In this document: one piece after another, positions 1-10,076 of the stretch
How positions within the stretch are numbered: position 1 is the first letter of the stretch
How the letters are laid out: each line of letters begins with the position of its first letter
Origin: an uncultured bacterium
GTDB taxonomy: Bacteria; Chlamydiota; Chlamydiia; Chlamydiales; JACRBE01
DNA: 64,000 nt
NCBI GenBank assembly: GCA_964429005.1
Contig: CAYSAJ010000005.1
Span: forward strand, 5,354-69,353
Reading direction: 5' to 3'
Position numbers and translations under genes: made by a program
The notes under the pieces: model-generated
What the model was told of the DNA's origin: nothing
The model's input: only the letters and a program-made list of their open reading frames with translations
Database searches by the model: none

Positions 1-1035
1 ACGATTGCACACCTCAGGCCCCGTACGAACACTCAAGGGGCCGTAGCTAGAGTGAGAAGTGCGGCTGCATTTGCTATTCATGAGTTCTTTCAGCAAAAGG
101 GTTTTGTCTATATTCATAGCCCGATAATTACAGCATCAGACTGCGAGGGAGCGGGAGAGTTATTTCAAATCACGACGCTAAATCCTGAGTCTCCTCCAAA
201 AACTCCTGAAGGCAAAGTGGACTATTCAAAAGATTTTTTTGGGAAGAAAGCTTATCTAACCGTATCAGGGCAGCTCAACGGTGAGGCTATGGCATGCGCT
301 TTGTCAGACATTTATACCTTTGGACCTACTTTCCGTGCTGAAAATTCGAATACTTCAAGACACGTTGCAGAGTTTTGGATGGTAGAACCTGAAATGGCTT
401 TTGCGGACCTTACTAAAAACCGTGAAGTAGCAGAAGAGTTTATCAAGTTTGTCGTATCAAAAGTCTTAAAAAGATGTCCTGAAGATATGGCTTTCTTTGA
501 TCAATTTATTGAGAAAGGACTTATTCAGCGCCTTCAGCTTGTAGTGGACACACCTTTTGCTCATATGACCTATACCGATGCGATCAAGGTTCTTGAAAAA
601 TCAGGAAAGAAATTTGAATTCCCGTTCCACTGGGGCAGTGACCTCCAATCCGAACATGAGCGCTACATCGCTGAAGAGCATTGCAAAAAGCCTGTGATAT
701 TGACCGATTATCCGAAAGATCTCAAAGCATTCTATATGAGAAACAACGAGGATGGTAAAACTGTTGCTGCGATGGATATTTTAGTTCCTAAAATTGGAGA
801 GATCATAGGCGGATCTCAAAGAGAAGATCGCTATGATCTTCTTCTAGAAAAGGCGAAGAAGCACGGCCTTGATCCTACGGTTTACAGCTGGTATTTTGAT
901 CTAAGGCGTTATGGTTCTGTTCCCCACGCTGGATTTGGACTTGGATTCGAGCGTCTTGTTCAATTTATTACAGGGGTTGAGAACATTCGTGATGTGAACG
1001 CATTCCCACGGACTCCAGGGCATTGTGAATTCTAA
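1..1035 (+). CDS. asnS: Asparaginyl-tRNA synthetase, C-terminal ~345 aa (5' end lies outside the window)
   Basis: The frame is open from base 1 ([20 protein letters not shown] precedes the listed Met). Class II aaRS motifs are present: [31 protein letters not shown]. The C-terminus reads AFPRTPG. Confidence 0.9.
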   Translation, partial: TIAHLRPRTNTQGAVARVRSAAAFAIHEFFQQKGFVYIHSPIITASDCEGAGELFQITTLNPESPPKTPEGKVDYSKDFFGKKAYLTVSGQLNGEAMACALSDIYTFGPTFRAENSNTSRHVAEFWMVEPEMAFADLTKNREVAEEFIKFVVSKVLKRCPEDMAFFDQFIEKGLIQRLQLVVDTPFAHMTYTDAIKVLEKSGKKFEFPFHWGSDLQSEHERYIAEEHCKKPVILTDYPKDLKAFYMRNNEDGKTVAAMDILVPKIGEIIGGSQREDRYDLLLEKAKKHGLDPTVYSWYFDLRRYGSVPHAGFGLGFERLVQFITGVENIRDVNAFPRTPGHCEF

Positions 1036-2015
1036 CTGGCATCGATCAAAGATAGAGAAGAGGTTTGCTCACGTGCAGCAAACCTCTCATGATAACGTTT
1101 TGCCATACTATAAGCTGAGCTCATAAAAGATTCTTGGACCATTTGAGGGACTTGAAATTCTGTTTTCATAAAGTTTTGGAGCTGCTCTAAGTCAAAAAGG
1201 CAGGCTTTTGAATTTTGAGTAATCAGTGGGTCGACATTACGTGGCATCCCTAAATCAAATATGAGACACGAGGAATGGATAGTCTTTGCAAGCTTACTAT
1301 CCACAATCGGCAGAAGGTCATTTGTCCCGCAAATTACTACATCATACTCTGAAAGAGAGGTCAGCCGTTCTCTTGGAAGAAATTTTTCGATTTGAGCCAA
1401 AGTTCGAGAGCATAGGGTCACATCAAAACCTTGCTCCTCTAAAAAGGGCCACAGTTTGCGATTCACATGGGAATTTCCGACAAGTAAGCAACGAGCTTTT
1501 TTTCCCTGATATTCTCTTAAAATAAAATGAATAATCGTCTGCTCAAGTGCATTTCGATGAAGACGCTCTATACCCATTTTACGAATCATTTTTCCAATCA
1601 TCAGAGCTTTTTGAAATAGATAATGCATTTCTTTGGATAAGATCCTCTCTTTTCTTGCGCTCTCATAGCTTACTTTGACTTGATGTTGAATTTCACTTTC
1701 TCCAAAAAGAGCGCTGTCAATCCCTGCAGTGACTTTAGTGAGATGATAAAAACAATCAAACTGGACAAACGCATAAAGTTCATTCATGAGCTGCGCTGGC
1801 ATCACTTTAGCGAGAGAATTGAGGAGCTTTCGTTTTTGTAAGTAGATATCTTCCGCAGAAAAATAGAGCTCTATCCGGTTACATGTTGAAACCAGAACAT
1901 AAGAAAGTTCTTGATATGGCTCTACAATCGATAAAAGATGAGCAGTAAAGGATTCTCGGTGAGAGGCACTAGAAAATCTGTAGTTGAGACCTAAAAGTCC
2001 AATTTGCATACTCAA
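1032..2015 (-). CDS. hemA: Glutamyl-tRNA reductase (short chlamydial-type HemA)
   Basis: The N-terminus [16 protein letters not shown] and the catalytic-Cys motif STCNRIELY are HemA hallmarks. A Rossmann-like [11 protein letters not shown] is present. The gene is convergent with asnS and overlaps it by 4 nt. Confidence 0.8.
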   Translation of the reverse strand: MSMQIGLLGLNYRFSSASHRESFTAHLLSIVEPYQELSYVLVSTCNRIELYFSAEDIYLQKRKLLNSLAKVMPAQLMNELYAFVQFDCFYHLTKVTAGIDSALFGESEIQHQVKVSYESARKERILSKEMHYLFQKALMIGKMIRKMGIERLHRNALEQTIIHFILREYQGKKARCLLVGNSHVNRKLWPFLEEQGFDVTLCSRTLAQIEKFLPRERLTSLSEYDVVICGTNDLLPIVDSKLAKTIHSSCLIFDLGMPRNVDPLITQNSKACLFDLEQLQNFMKTEFQVPQMVQESFMSSAYSMAKRYHERFAAREQTSSLSLIDAS

Positions 2016-2106
2016 TCCATTCGCCGATTCTAGGTATGGTATAGAGAATGCTAGAGAAAAAAATCAAACAATAGTTTTTTTGTTCTGAAACAGAAAAATT
2101 GGAGCG

Positions 2107-3285
2107 TTAACTATCAAGAGGTCTTGTTGCAGACTGTGTAAGAGTCCTTGAAAGGGTCGTAAAACAGCCTCTTATGATCTCTACAATAGGTTCAAGATGA
2201 GTAGCGATGTGGATAGATGCATAGTGTGAAGAAAAATTTGGTGCATAAATCTGCTTGGAGCCTAAAGAAACTTCATCTTTTCTGATAGCAATCACATGGG
2301 CAAGAGTTTGAGAAGGCTGTATTAATCCATCATCTTGCAGATTTACTGTAACACTTGCAGATTCCCATCCAGAATCTGCCCTGACGGCGTCCAATCCATT
2401 AAGTAAATGGCGAGACCCAGTACCATCAGTATAGGGGCCTTGCTGAAGGACAATGTGAGACCAGCGAGTTTTGCTGGTATTAGCAAAGGTATGATACTCC
2501 CAACCAGCTAACCGGATAATCCAACCGACAAGTGTGCCTAATATTCCACATCCTATGAAGGATGCTACAGACTAGGAAAAGCGAGCTGAAGTTCTGTCCG
2601 ATACGATGACGTATTTTACGGCGGCTTCCCCTTTTTGCGCCTCTGCAGTTAGAAGTGGCAAAGTAGGAACAACCTCAGACTGAACCGCTGCCCCTTGAGA
2701 GTGTCCCCACAAGATCACCTTTTTCGCTCCTACGCCATCCCATTCATCCGTTGCAAATCGAATAGCTGCCTGATAGGCTTTCTGAACCGTTGAGCGGCTA
2801 AGCCACCCTGTAGATGCTCCCATGCCAGGATGATTAATCATAAGGACATGAGAGTGCAAATTCTGTGCCAAAGCAGCCGCTGTAGAATCCTGAGTTTCCC
2901 ACCTTGTGCCAAAACCACCTGAGTAGATGACACAAGAGGTTTCCGGTGTATCTGAACTAGCAGTCGAAGTTTCTGGCTTTTTGATGAGTAAGGCACTGAT
3001 TTTGAGGCCATCAACATGGAGGGTGACTTCTCGGTAATTAGATTGAGAGCGCATCCAGTAGTGATCAGGCCTACTCCAGGAGCTTGGGAAAATGGCTACA
3101 CGACCTATCAGGCTATGTAGAGCACTAGCGAGACCCCAAGGGAGGATGAGAATTTGAAGGATAAGTCGTGTGATTCTCCAGGTCTTGGATTCAATCTCTG
3201 TTCTATATTCCAAAGGAGCGGTAGCAGCAGAAGAGCCAGTCTGATTGAGCCACGAAGTTACTAAATTTGTATGGGCTGCGGCCAT
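2107..3285 (-). pseudogene. Alpha/beta-hydrolase-fold membrane protein interrupted by one in-frame TAG (2572-2574)
   Basis: ORF 2572..3285 has a GxSxG nucleophile elbow (WGHSQGAA) and an N-terminal hydrophobic segment. The 177 nt from 2395 to 2571 are stop-free and in the same frame, which I translated by hand (SVASFIGCGILGTLVGWIIRLAGWEYHTF...). They join directly to ORF 2107..2394. A single TAG therefore splits a ~392-codon reading frame. Confidence 0.5.
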
Positions 3286-3677
3286 AATTTCCTCTTTTTA
3301 AGCCCACAGTATACAAATTTTTTGTTTTTAAAGGATAATAATAATTAATATAAAAACGCAGGTAATTAATAAAAGCTTTTAAGCTTTTCAAATATTTCAT
3401 TACAAGAAACTAGTATGGAACTTAAAAAATTAAGTAATAAATCCCGTTCTATCCACATAATGGCTATTTTAGGATGCCATCCAAGATCAGCCAAAAATCA
3501 AAACAATTCATTCTTAAATAATTAATTTTCAAATGACTACAAAAATATAGAAAAGCAGACATCGATTATCTTAATAATTTTAATGAGTTTGTTAAAAATC
3601 ATTTAATGTTAATTAATAATTTTATAAATAGGAATTATAAACAACTTAACCATTGGCAAGTTTTCGCCAAAAGAGGT

Positions 3678-3950
3678 ATGATTATGTCCCAAATTCCACC
3701 TGGAATGCCACCCATGCCATCTTTCGGCAGCTCTAGTGCAGGCCCTGGCGCCGCTAAAGGAGCTTACGGAAGTAGTGGAAGTGGTGCAGAAAGCTTGCAG
3801 CAATGGATTGAGAGTTATTGTGGTCCTCAAGGTTGGGCGAAATTTCAATCTAACCTTTGCCAAATGATTGCCAATTCCATTCAGCATGACCAGCAAGAAA
3901 TGAAAAAAGCGAATCAACAGCTGAAGGAATCAGAAACTGGACAAGACTAG
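3678..3950 (+). CDS. Small hypothetical protein (90 aa), G/S/P-rich N-terminus
   Basis: An internal ATG at 3678 is preceded by aagagg. The listed start at 3606 lies in a very AT-rich spacer. No recognisable domain. An antisense ORF of similar length exists, so strand choice is uncertain. Confidence 0.45.
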   Translation: MIMSQIPPGMPPMPSFGSSSAGPGAAKGAYGSSGSGAESLQQWIESYCGPQGWAKFQSNLCQMIANSIQHDQQEMKKANQQLKESETGQD

Positions 3951-3993
3951 TTACCCCTCTGAAGTTCTGACGATCGGGCCAGATACTCATGGG

Positions 3994-4848
3994 ATGCGCC
4001 TTGATGAGGCCCTTAAAACTCTATTTCCTGAGCATTCCCGCACCTATTTTCAATTCCTTATTGAAAATGAAGCGGTTTTACTCAACCAGAAAAAGCTTAA
4101 AAAAAGAGAGCTTGTGAAAGAGGGAGATCTTCTTGAAGTTTCTTTCCTAGCAACCGCCCCTACCGAAGTGACACCTCAAGACATCCCTCTGAGTGTCATT
4201 TATGAAGATGATTCGATTGTGGTGATTGATAAGCCTCAAGGGATGGTAGCTCACCCAGCTCCAGGGAACTGGGAGGATACTGTTGCTAACGCTCTTTTAT
4301 TTCACTGCAAAGGGCTCGAATACGACCAAGATGATATTCGCCCTGGCATCGTCCATCGATTAGACAAAGACACTTCAGGGATCATGGTATTAGCCAAAAC
4401 CTATGAAAGCCATAAAGCCCTTATTGAGCAGTTTACATCCCGTGAAGTCCATAAAACTTACTTAGCTCTTTGCGCCCATACTCCCAAAGTATCCGTTATT
4501 GAGGCTGCTATTGGGCGTCACCCTACCAAACGACAGCAAATGAGCGTGCTTGAAGAGGGGGGGAAACCAGCGATTACCCATATTGAAACTCTTAGGTCAA
4601 AAGGGGGCATTTCCCTGATAGAAGCCAAACCTGTCACAGGAAGAACCCACCAAATACGAGTTCACTTGCAACATATTGGATGCCCCATCATCGGCGATTC
4701 CATTTATGGGCACGCGGGACTCAATAAAAACTTAGGATTTTCAAAACAATGTTTGCATAGTTATTCGATCTCTTTTATTCATCCCAAAGAGAAAAAAAGA
4801 GTTCAGTTTAGTACATCTTTACCTAGTTGGTACAATTTTCTAGAATAA
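3994..4848 (+). CDS. RluA-family 23S rRNA pseudouridine synthase with S4-like N-terminus (RluD/RluC type)
   Basis: Catalytic motif HRLDKDTSG and GRTHQIRVH are present, with S4-like RLDEAL at the N-terminus. The start is uncertain, because only CTG codons lie upstream in frame. Confidence 0.85.
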   Translation: MRLDEALKTLFPEHSRTYFQFLIENEAVLLNQKKLKKRELVKEGDLLEVSFLATAPTEVTPQDIPLSVIYEDDSIVVIDKPQGMVAHPAPGNWEDTVANALLFHCKGLEYDQDDIRPGIVHRLDKDTSGIMVLAKTYESHKALIEQFTSREVHKTYLALCAHTPKVSVIEAAIGRHPTKRQQMSVLEEGGKPAITHIETLRSKGGISLIEAKPVTGRTHQIRVHLQHIGCPIIGDSIYGHAGLNKNLGFSKQCLHSYSISFIHPKEKKRVQFSTSLPSWYNFLE

Positions 4849-4935
4849 TATTTTTTTATTGTGTACCTTTGAGAAGAAATGTGACCCCTCACATGCTATC
4901 TTTCTAGGCTTTTCAAAATATCAAGGATCTGGATC

Positions 4936-5193
4936 ATGAAAGAATTCGTAGAATACATCGTTAAAAACCTGGTTGACAATCCTGACAAGGTGAAAATTAA
5001 TGAGATCGGTGGAAGCCAATCATTAATCGTAGAACTCAGTGTTGAGAAATCTGACATCGGTAAAATCATCGGCAAGAAGGGAAAAACCATTAATGCCATA
5101 CGCACGCTTCTTATGTCTGTTGCAAGCCGCAACGGAATTCGCGTTAGCCTTGAAATCATCGAGGACGAGTCTCAAAGCAGAACAAACCGCTAA
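4936..5193 (+). CDS. KH-domain RNA-binding protein (YlqC/UPF0109 family)
   Basis: It is 85 aa with a GxxG KH loop, IGKIIGKKGKTINAIRTL. Confidence 0.8.
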   Translation: MKEFVEYIVKNLVDNPDKVKINEIGGSQSLIVELSVEKSDIGKIIGKKGKTINAIRTLLMSVASRNGIRVSLEIIEDESQSRTNR

Positions 5194-5221
5194 TTCTGTT
5201 TTTTGAATACCGAAAATTCAG

Positions 5222-5250
5222 GACCGGAAGAAATTCCGGTCTTTTTTTTT
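5222..5250. terminator. Rho-independent terminator between convergent genes
   Basis: Hairpin gaccggaa-gaaa-ttccggtc is followed by T9 on the + strand. On the - strand the same hairpin is followed by CTGAATTTT. Confidence 0.75.
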
Positions 5251-5255
5251 ATTCG

Positions 5256-7856
5256 CTACTTCTTGGGTAAGAAAGGTGAGATTTGCGTTTTTCTAGAATT
5301 GAGAGTTCCTGCTTTGTAGTAAAGGACTGCTATAGGAAGTCCCCTATAAGTAGATTTTACAGGAATTTGAGGGAAGCTCTCTTTGAACACTTGGGCCAGA
5401 TCATGGGCATTATCACCTAGGAGCTCAAGTTCCATTCCGGGGAATACAAGTCCTGGAGCCGTTTGGAAGCTGCTTAAGAACAGCTTTAAAAGCTCTGTCG
5501 CCGATTCTGTATTTGGAATATAAAACCACAGCTCATCTTTGTGGTGATAATCAGCCGCGTTTCCTTTGTAGAGATCTTCCGCTCCAGCAATTGTTGAGAT
5601 CATATGCATATAGAGTTCAACAACTGGTTGCTCTGCTAGAGTCTTTTTAGACCTATCCACCCAAATTTCTCGAATCTTGTCTACATATTGGTGGAAGAGA
5701 GGGATATTTTTTTGGAAGAGTTTGGTTTGGCCTACACGTGCAGCTCCATTTTGTGTTTTCGTATCAGCAAACACATCTGATTTTTCACCCCTAGCGCACC
5801 GGATGAGTTGCTCAGAGGCTACTTCTTCTCTTCTTTGGTAGACTTTAGCATATAGTGAATAGAGGTCTTCATTTTGAAGAAGGCGTTTTGCTGCACTTTT
5901 CACAAAATTTTCATCCTGAGGAATGTCATCAAAGTGAACGATCTCTACCTCATTTCGAAGTTGAAGAGATTTTAAGCGGTTAAGAAGGTCTTTCACGACT
6001 TCAACATCAACGGGTGTCATTTTCGTAAGGAGATCTGTATCATCAAAAATAGCATGGATGTAGTGTTTATACTCCATAAATTCTCTATCTGGAGAAACAA
6101 AATGCTTTCCTCGGCCCATAGCTGCTATTTTGCGCTCTATAAGGCGCTGTAAGATTCTTCCTTGAGATGAGCTCCATGGCTCTTTGGTGACTTTAGCAAT
6201 CTGATCTTCGATCTGATCAAGGGTCATGTTTCCTAAGCTATAGCCCTTATTCATAGCAAAACTGAGTTTAGCAGTGATCACGTTCGAAGATTGTGCATCA
6301 GCGATGATGGTCTGAGCGGGAGATGATGTAGAAATAGATGACTTATGGTGGTCGATGACACTGATTACATCTAAGTAAGGAGGAACTTTGGTTTCTTCCT
6401 TGTTCGAGAAGTCCCTAAGAGTGACTGTACCGAGTTTTTCTTGATAGAGATCTTGAGCAAAAATGACACCCAGAGGTAAAAGCTCTTCTTCAGTTCCTTG
6501 CAAAGTCACTGTTAAATAAGGGTAGGCATCCATTTTTGCTTTCACTTCCTCAATATCTGCTCTGTAGGAGAGGTGGGATGGGGTGTGGGCAAAAATCTCT
6601 CTTTTGACTTTCATCGATATGTCAAGGGTGTCAACAAAGTTTTTTACCTCTTTAAATATCTTTGAAAGAAGGATAACGATTTTTTGCAAAAGAGTAAAAA
6701 TCAGCGGACGATCTTCGAGGAGTTCATCATCCGAAGAAAAAAGCTTTTTATGAGAGAGCTCTTCAAGGGCCTGTAGTGCGTGGGTTGTTTTAACGATTTT
6801 CGCTTCTTCTAAAGCTACAAGAAAATCTTTAAAATTCGCATCGAGCCCACCAGGAATTTTTACGATATCTTCAAGGAAGACTTGTAAATATTTTTGTTGT
6901 CGCATTGTAAGTTCAGAAATAGGTTCAACGCCAGCGAGCTTGGTCGCTAAGATCGTTTGAACAACTTCATGAACTTGGTATCTATGAACTTTCTTTTCAG
7001 CAAAAAGGGAAATAAGGAGGATATGAAGCTCATTCTCTAGCCATCTGTAGCAGCTGTTGAATGTATGGATGACTTGACGCACCCCTTCAACATCGATTTG
7101 GCGCCAATCTCCAACATAATTTCCTTCATTATCGATCACCACAACAGCTGTTTTGTTTCGATCATGCTCGATATCAAAAGTAAGTTCTTGAGGATATTTC
7201 TGCATGACCCCATTCCCTGTGAGCAAATCAAGAGCGGTCAAAGAAAGGGAGGTTCTATTTTTAGAAAGAATTGAAAAAACATTTTTACCAAAAACATCGG
7301 CAAAAAGCATGTCGATTTCTACAGTAGAAGATGGAGGGCCTTCAGGGACATTCCAAACATGAAAACCCGCTGAAACTTTTGCAGAGAAAGCATCCATCCA
7401 TCCCCAAAAGGTGGCAACGATGGTATCTAAGTCGGGAGAGCTGTGAGCAGTGACGAAGTGAGTACCCGAATAAACTTTGCCATTTCCTAAGGGGAAGATC
7501 GCTTGATATTCACTGCGTGGAATCCATTTTCCCACCATTTTTCCGCGAAGCTGATATTGCTCAGAAAAAGAAAGTCCCGAGTGTTGATTAACCCAATATT
7601 CAAAATGAGAGATATGATAGCCATTATAAAGTCCTTTTTTTTCTACCTTGTCCATAAAGTCGACGATAGCAGGCAGCAAAAAGAGCCCTGAAGAATCTTC
7701 TTGAATGAGCTGATGGAGGGCGGCCGAAATACCAAGTTGGCGCTGGAAAATATTTGTAAAAGAAACTTTTTCGAGGCGCCCTATGGCTGCATCGACACGA
7801 GGAAAGAGGTATACTGGGAAGGAAACCTCTCCTACGAGGGGATGATGGTTTTTCAT
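5256..7856 (-). CDS. Large DHH-superfamily phosphoesterase-like protein (866 aa)
   Basis: DHH-family motifs are present: HSSPDLDTIVA (motif I-like), VISVIDHHKSS (DHH) and IFDDTDLLTK (as in family II pyrophosphatase-like proteins). The long extra regions have unknown function. Confidence 0.6.
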   Translation of the reverse strand: MKNHHPLVGEVSFPVYLFPRVDAAIGRLEKVSFTNIFQRQLGISAALHQLIQEDSSGLFLLPAIVDFMDKVEKKGLYNGYHISHFEYWVNQHSGLSFSEQYQLRGKMVGKWIPRSEYQAIFPLGNGKVYSGTHFVTAHSSPDLDTIVATFWGWMDAFSAKVSAGFHVWNVPEGPPSSTVEIDMLFADVFGKNVFSILSKNRTSLSLTALDLLTGNGVMQKYPQELTFDIEHDRNKTAVVVIDNEGNYVGDWRQIDVEGVRQVIHTFNSCYRWLENELHILLISLFAEKKVHRYQVHEVVQTILATKLAGVEPISELTMRQQKYLQVFLEDIVKIPGGLDANFKDFLVALEEAKIVKTTHALQALEELSHKKLFSSDDELLEDRPLIFTLLQKIVILLSKIFKEVKNFVDTLDISMKVKREIFAHTPSHLSYRADIEEVKAKMDAYPYLTVTLQGTEEELLPLGVIFAQDLYQEKLGTVTLRDFSNKEETKVPPYLDVISVIDHHKSSISTSSPAQTIIADAQSSNVITAKLSFAMNKGYSLGNMTLDQIEDQIAKVTKEPWSSSQGRILQRLIERKIAAMGRGKHFVSPDREFMEYKHYIHAIFDDTDLLTKMTPVDVEVVKDLLNRLKSLQLRNEVEIVHFDDIPQDENFVKSAAKRLLQNEDLYSLYAKVYQRREEVASEQLIRCARGEKSDVFADTKTQNGAARVGQTKLFQKNIPLFHQYVDKIREIWVDRSKKTLAEQPVVELYMHMISTIAGAEDLYKGNAADYHHKDELWFYIPNTESATELLKLFLSSFQTAPGLVFPGMELELLGDNAHDLAQVFKESFPQIPVKSTYRGLPIAVLYYKAGTLNSRKTQISPFLPKK

Positions 7857-7881
7857 GGAGCTCTGCAGTATAAAGAAAAAA

Positions 7882-7954
7882 CGGATTGGGCAGGAATCGA
7901 ACCTGCGACCATCCGCTTAGAAGGCGGATGCTCTATCCCCTGAGCTACCAATCC
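7882..7954 (-). tRNA. tRNA-Arg (anticodon UCU)
   Basis: The reverse complement reads GGATTGGTAGCTCAGGGGATAGAGCATCCGCCTTCTAAGCGGATGGTCGCAGGTTCGATTCCTGCCCAATCCG. It has a 7-bp acceptor stem, a CTTCTAA anticodon loop and a GGTTCGATTCC T-arm. CCA is not encoded. Confidence 0.9.
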
Positions 7955-8058
7955 AAAACATGCGATATTTTAACGATTCAGAGAATCAAATGCAACCCTT
8001 TTTCATTTTTTCAATTGATTTGTTGTGGTACATTTCTCTCTAAAACGAAGGAGAATCT

Positions 8059-8727
8059 ATGCTCCCCATCGCGATTCATGGCATGAAAGGCCGCCTAGGC
8101 AGCGTGATTGCTCAGAAACTTCAGGGGTCCTCTCAGTCTACTTTATCGACTCTCGACGATGCTAAAGTAGTTATTGATGTGACAAGTCCCCAAGGCAGCG
8201 AAGAAATTCTTCGTTTTTGTGTTACCAAATCTATTCCTTTGGTTATTGGAACAACGGGGCACACAAGAGATCAGCTGAGTCTAATAGAAGAAGCTTCTTT
8301 AAAGATCCCCATATTACTGGCCAGTAACTTTGCACTAGGAATTGATTGTCTGACCGGCTTTTTAGAAATTCTATTTAGGCGCTACTCAAAAGGATTTGTA
8401 GACATTATTGAAAAGCATCATCATCAAAAAAAAGATAAACCGAGTGGAACGGCTCTTTTTTTAAAACAACAAATTCTCCATTATTCCCCAGAGAGTTTAG
8501 TAACAATTCATTCTATTCGTCATCCTGGAGAAGTGGGGGAACATCACCTTATTTTTTCTTTTGATGACGAGAAAATTGAATATCGCCATAAGGCCCTCTC
8601 TAGAGAGAGCTATGCAAAAGGAGCTATAGAGGCTGCCCATTTTGTTTATCAGAAACCTCCTAAATTATACCAAATGAGACACGTGCATGAAACACCTTCA
8701 ATTCAAACAATTCACATTAAATCCTGA
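8059..8727 (+). CDS. dapB: 4-hydroxy-tetrahydrodipicolinate reductase
   Basis: The hallmark EKHHHQKKDKPSGTAL (E-x-HH-x-x-K-x-D-x-PSGTA) is present, with N-terminal GMKGRLGS. Its 3' end overlaps kdsA by 41 nt. Confidence 0.85.
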   Translation: MLPIAIHGMKGRLGSVIAQKLQGSSQSTLSTLDDAKVVIDVTSPQGSEEILRFCVTKSIPLVIGTTGHTRDQLSLIEEASLKIPILLASNFALGIDCLTGFLEILFRRYSKGFVDIIEKHHHQKKDKPSGTALFLKQQILHYSPESLVTIHSIRHPGEVGEHHLIFSFDDEKIEYRHKALSRESYAKGAIEAAHFVYQKPPKLYQMRHVHETPSIQTIHIKS

Positions 8728-9511
8728 TTCTCCGCTCACTTTAATCTCTGGACCTTGCGTTATTGAAGGAGAAGACAAGGCGCTCTATGCAGCACAGGTA
8801 CTATCAAAGCTCTCTCAAAAATATGGATTTCAGCTGATTTATAAATCGAGCTATGACAAAGCCAACCGTTCTTCAATTCATTCGTATCGTGGAATAGGAA
8901 TCGACGAGGGACTTCGGATCTTACAAAAAATTCAAAATGAATTTAACCTCCCTGTAACGACAGATGTACACTCTCCTGAAGAAGCACGCTCCGCTGGAGA
9001 AGTTTGTGATGTATTGCAAGTCCCTGCCTTCCTTTGCAGGCAAACTGATTTAATCATCGCCTGTGGCAACACGAAAAAAATCGTGAATGTGAAAAAAGGG
9101 CAATTCATGGCTCCTTGGGACATGAAGAATGTGATCGTCAAACTGGAAGAATGTGGTAATCATCAAGTGATTTTAACAGAGAGAGGTTGCAGCTTCGGTT
9201 ACAACAACCTCACAACTGACATGAGGTCATTTCCCATTATGAAGCAGTGGGGTTATCCTGTATGCTTTGATGCAACGCACGCTGTACAGCTGCCAGGAGG
9301 AGATCAAACTTCATCTGGAGGAGATCGTCAATATATTCTTCCTCTAGCTAGAGCAGCTTTAGCAGCAGGGGCAGATTTGCTTTTTATGGAAGCTCATGCA
9401 AACCCAAGTGAAGCAAAGAGTGACGCGAAAACACAGATTTCGTTTGAAGAACTTGAAAAAGCTTTGCCAAGTTTAATAAGACTTTATGAACTGGTTCACA
9501 ATTTAGATTAG
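8687..9511 (+). CDS. kdsA: 3-deoxy-8-phosphooctulonate (KDO-8-P) synthase
   Basis: Motifs present: LISGPCVIE, KSSYDKANRSS, QVPAFLCRQTDL, NVKKGQF, ERGCSFGYNNL, DATHAVQLPGG. Confidence 0.9.
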   Translation: MKHLQFKQFTLNPDSPLTLISGPCVIEGEDKALYAAQVLSKLSQKYGFQLIYKSSYDKANRSSIHSYRGIGIDEGLRILQKIQNEFNLPVTTDVHSPEEARSAGEVCDVLQVPAFLCRQTDLIIACGNTKKIVNVKKGQFMAPWDMKNVIVKLEECGNHQVILTERGCSFGYNNLTTDMRSFPIMKQWGYPVCFDATHAVQLPGGDQTSSGGDRQYILPLARAALAAGADLLFMEAHANPSEAKSDAKTQISFEELEKALPSLIRLYELVHNLD

Positions 9512-9518
9512 GAATTTC

Positions 9519-10076
9519 ATGAAAAAAGGGCTCTCACTTCCTTTCTATCCCACGATGATCCTGAGCCTTTGTTGTTTCTTTCTTTATTGGAGTTTTTTCG
9601 ACAGGCCATTTTCTTATTCTCCTGATGAAGAGCAAAAGCCCCTTATCTCCCATCAACATCGTTTTGGAATTAATAAGGATTTATGGATTGTAACCGAAGA
9701 AGGAAGACATCATCATCATCTTAATTCCCCTGAATCAACCTTAACTCTTATTCCTTCGAAGAAAGGAATCGATGCGGTAGAGAGTATGCAACAAATCCGT
9801 TGCTGGCTTCAGCAAAAAGTAGATCCAGTGCTCAACGAACAAAAAATTCAGTATATAAAAGCTGGAGAAGGAACCTATTTTTACCGAGACCAGGAATTTC
9901 TCGCACGAAACCTTATTTTTGCATTTTACGAAGAAAAAGGGTCTGATCTACCTCTTGAACTTCATCCTTCTCATCTATTTTTTAAAGGAAGGGCACAACA
10001 AGCTTACTTTCATCTTCAGGATCAGAGGCCTGAATTCGATGCAGATCAATTTCAGGTAGAAATCAATGAAACGTGA
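9519..10076 (+). CDS. Membrane-anchored hypothetical protein in the LptC position
   Basis: It has an N-terminal hydrophobic anchor (MILSLCCFFLYWSFF) and lies between kdsA and an OstA-like gene plus lptB. The functional call is positional only. Confidence 0.4.
   Translation: MKKGLSLPFYPTMILSLCCFFLYWSFFDRPFSYSPDEEQKPLISHQHRFGINKDLWIVTEEGRHHHHLNSPESTLTLIPSKKGIDAVESMQQIRCWLQQKVDPVLNEQKIQYIKAGEGTYFYRDQEFLARNLIFAFYEEKGSDLPLELHPSHLFFKGRAQQAYFHLQDQRPEFDADQFQVEINET

Noticed and set aside
3609-3917. A 102-aa minus-strand ORF antisense to the small G/S/P-rich ORF.
   Set aside because: It has no SD-like sequence and an odd composition. The plus-strand frame has aagagg 1 nt before the ATG (the g of aagagg is adjacent to the t preceding atg at 3678). 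The strand choice remains low-confidence.
7701-8086. Plus-strand ORFs 7701..7943 and 7886..8086.
   Set aside because: They run antisense through the start of the DHH gene and across the tRNA-Arg gene. The tRNA cloverleaf is unambiguous.
8687-8727. The 41-nt overlap between dapB and kdsA, considered as a possible frameshift or mis-annotation.
   Set aside because: The KdsA N-terminus has the expected length before the GPCVIE motif, and there is no later Met. The DapB tail beyond the conserved LYQMRHV region is simply a short non-conserved extension, so the overlap is plausible in a compact genome.
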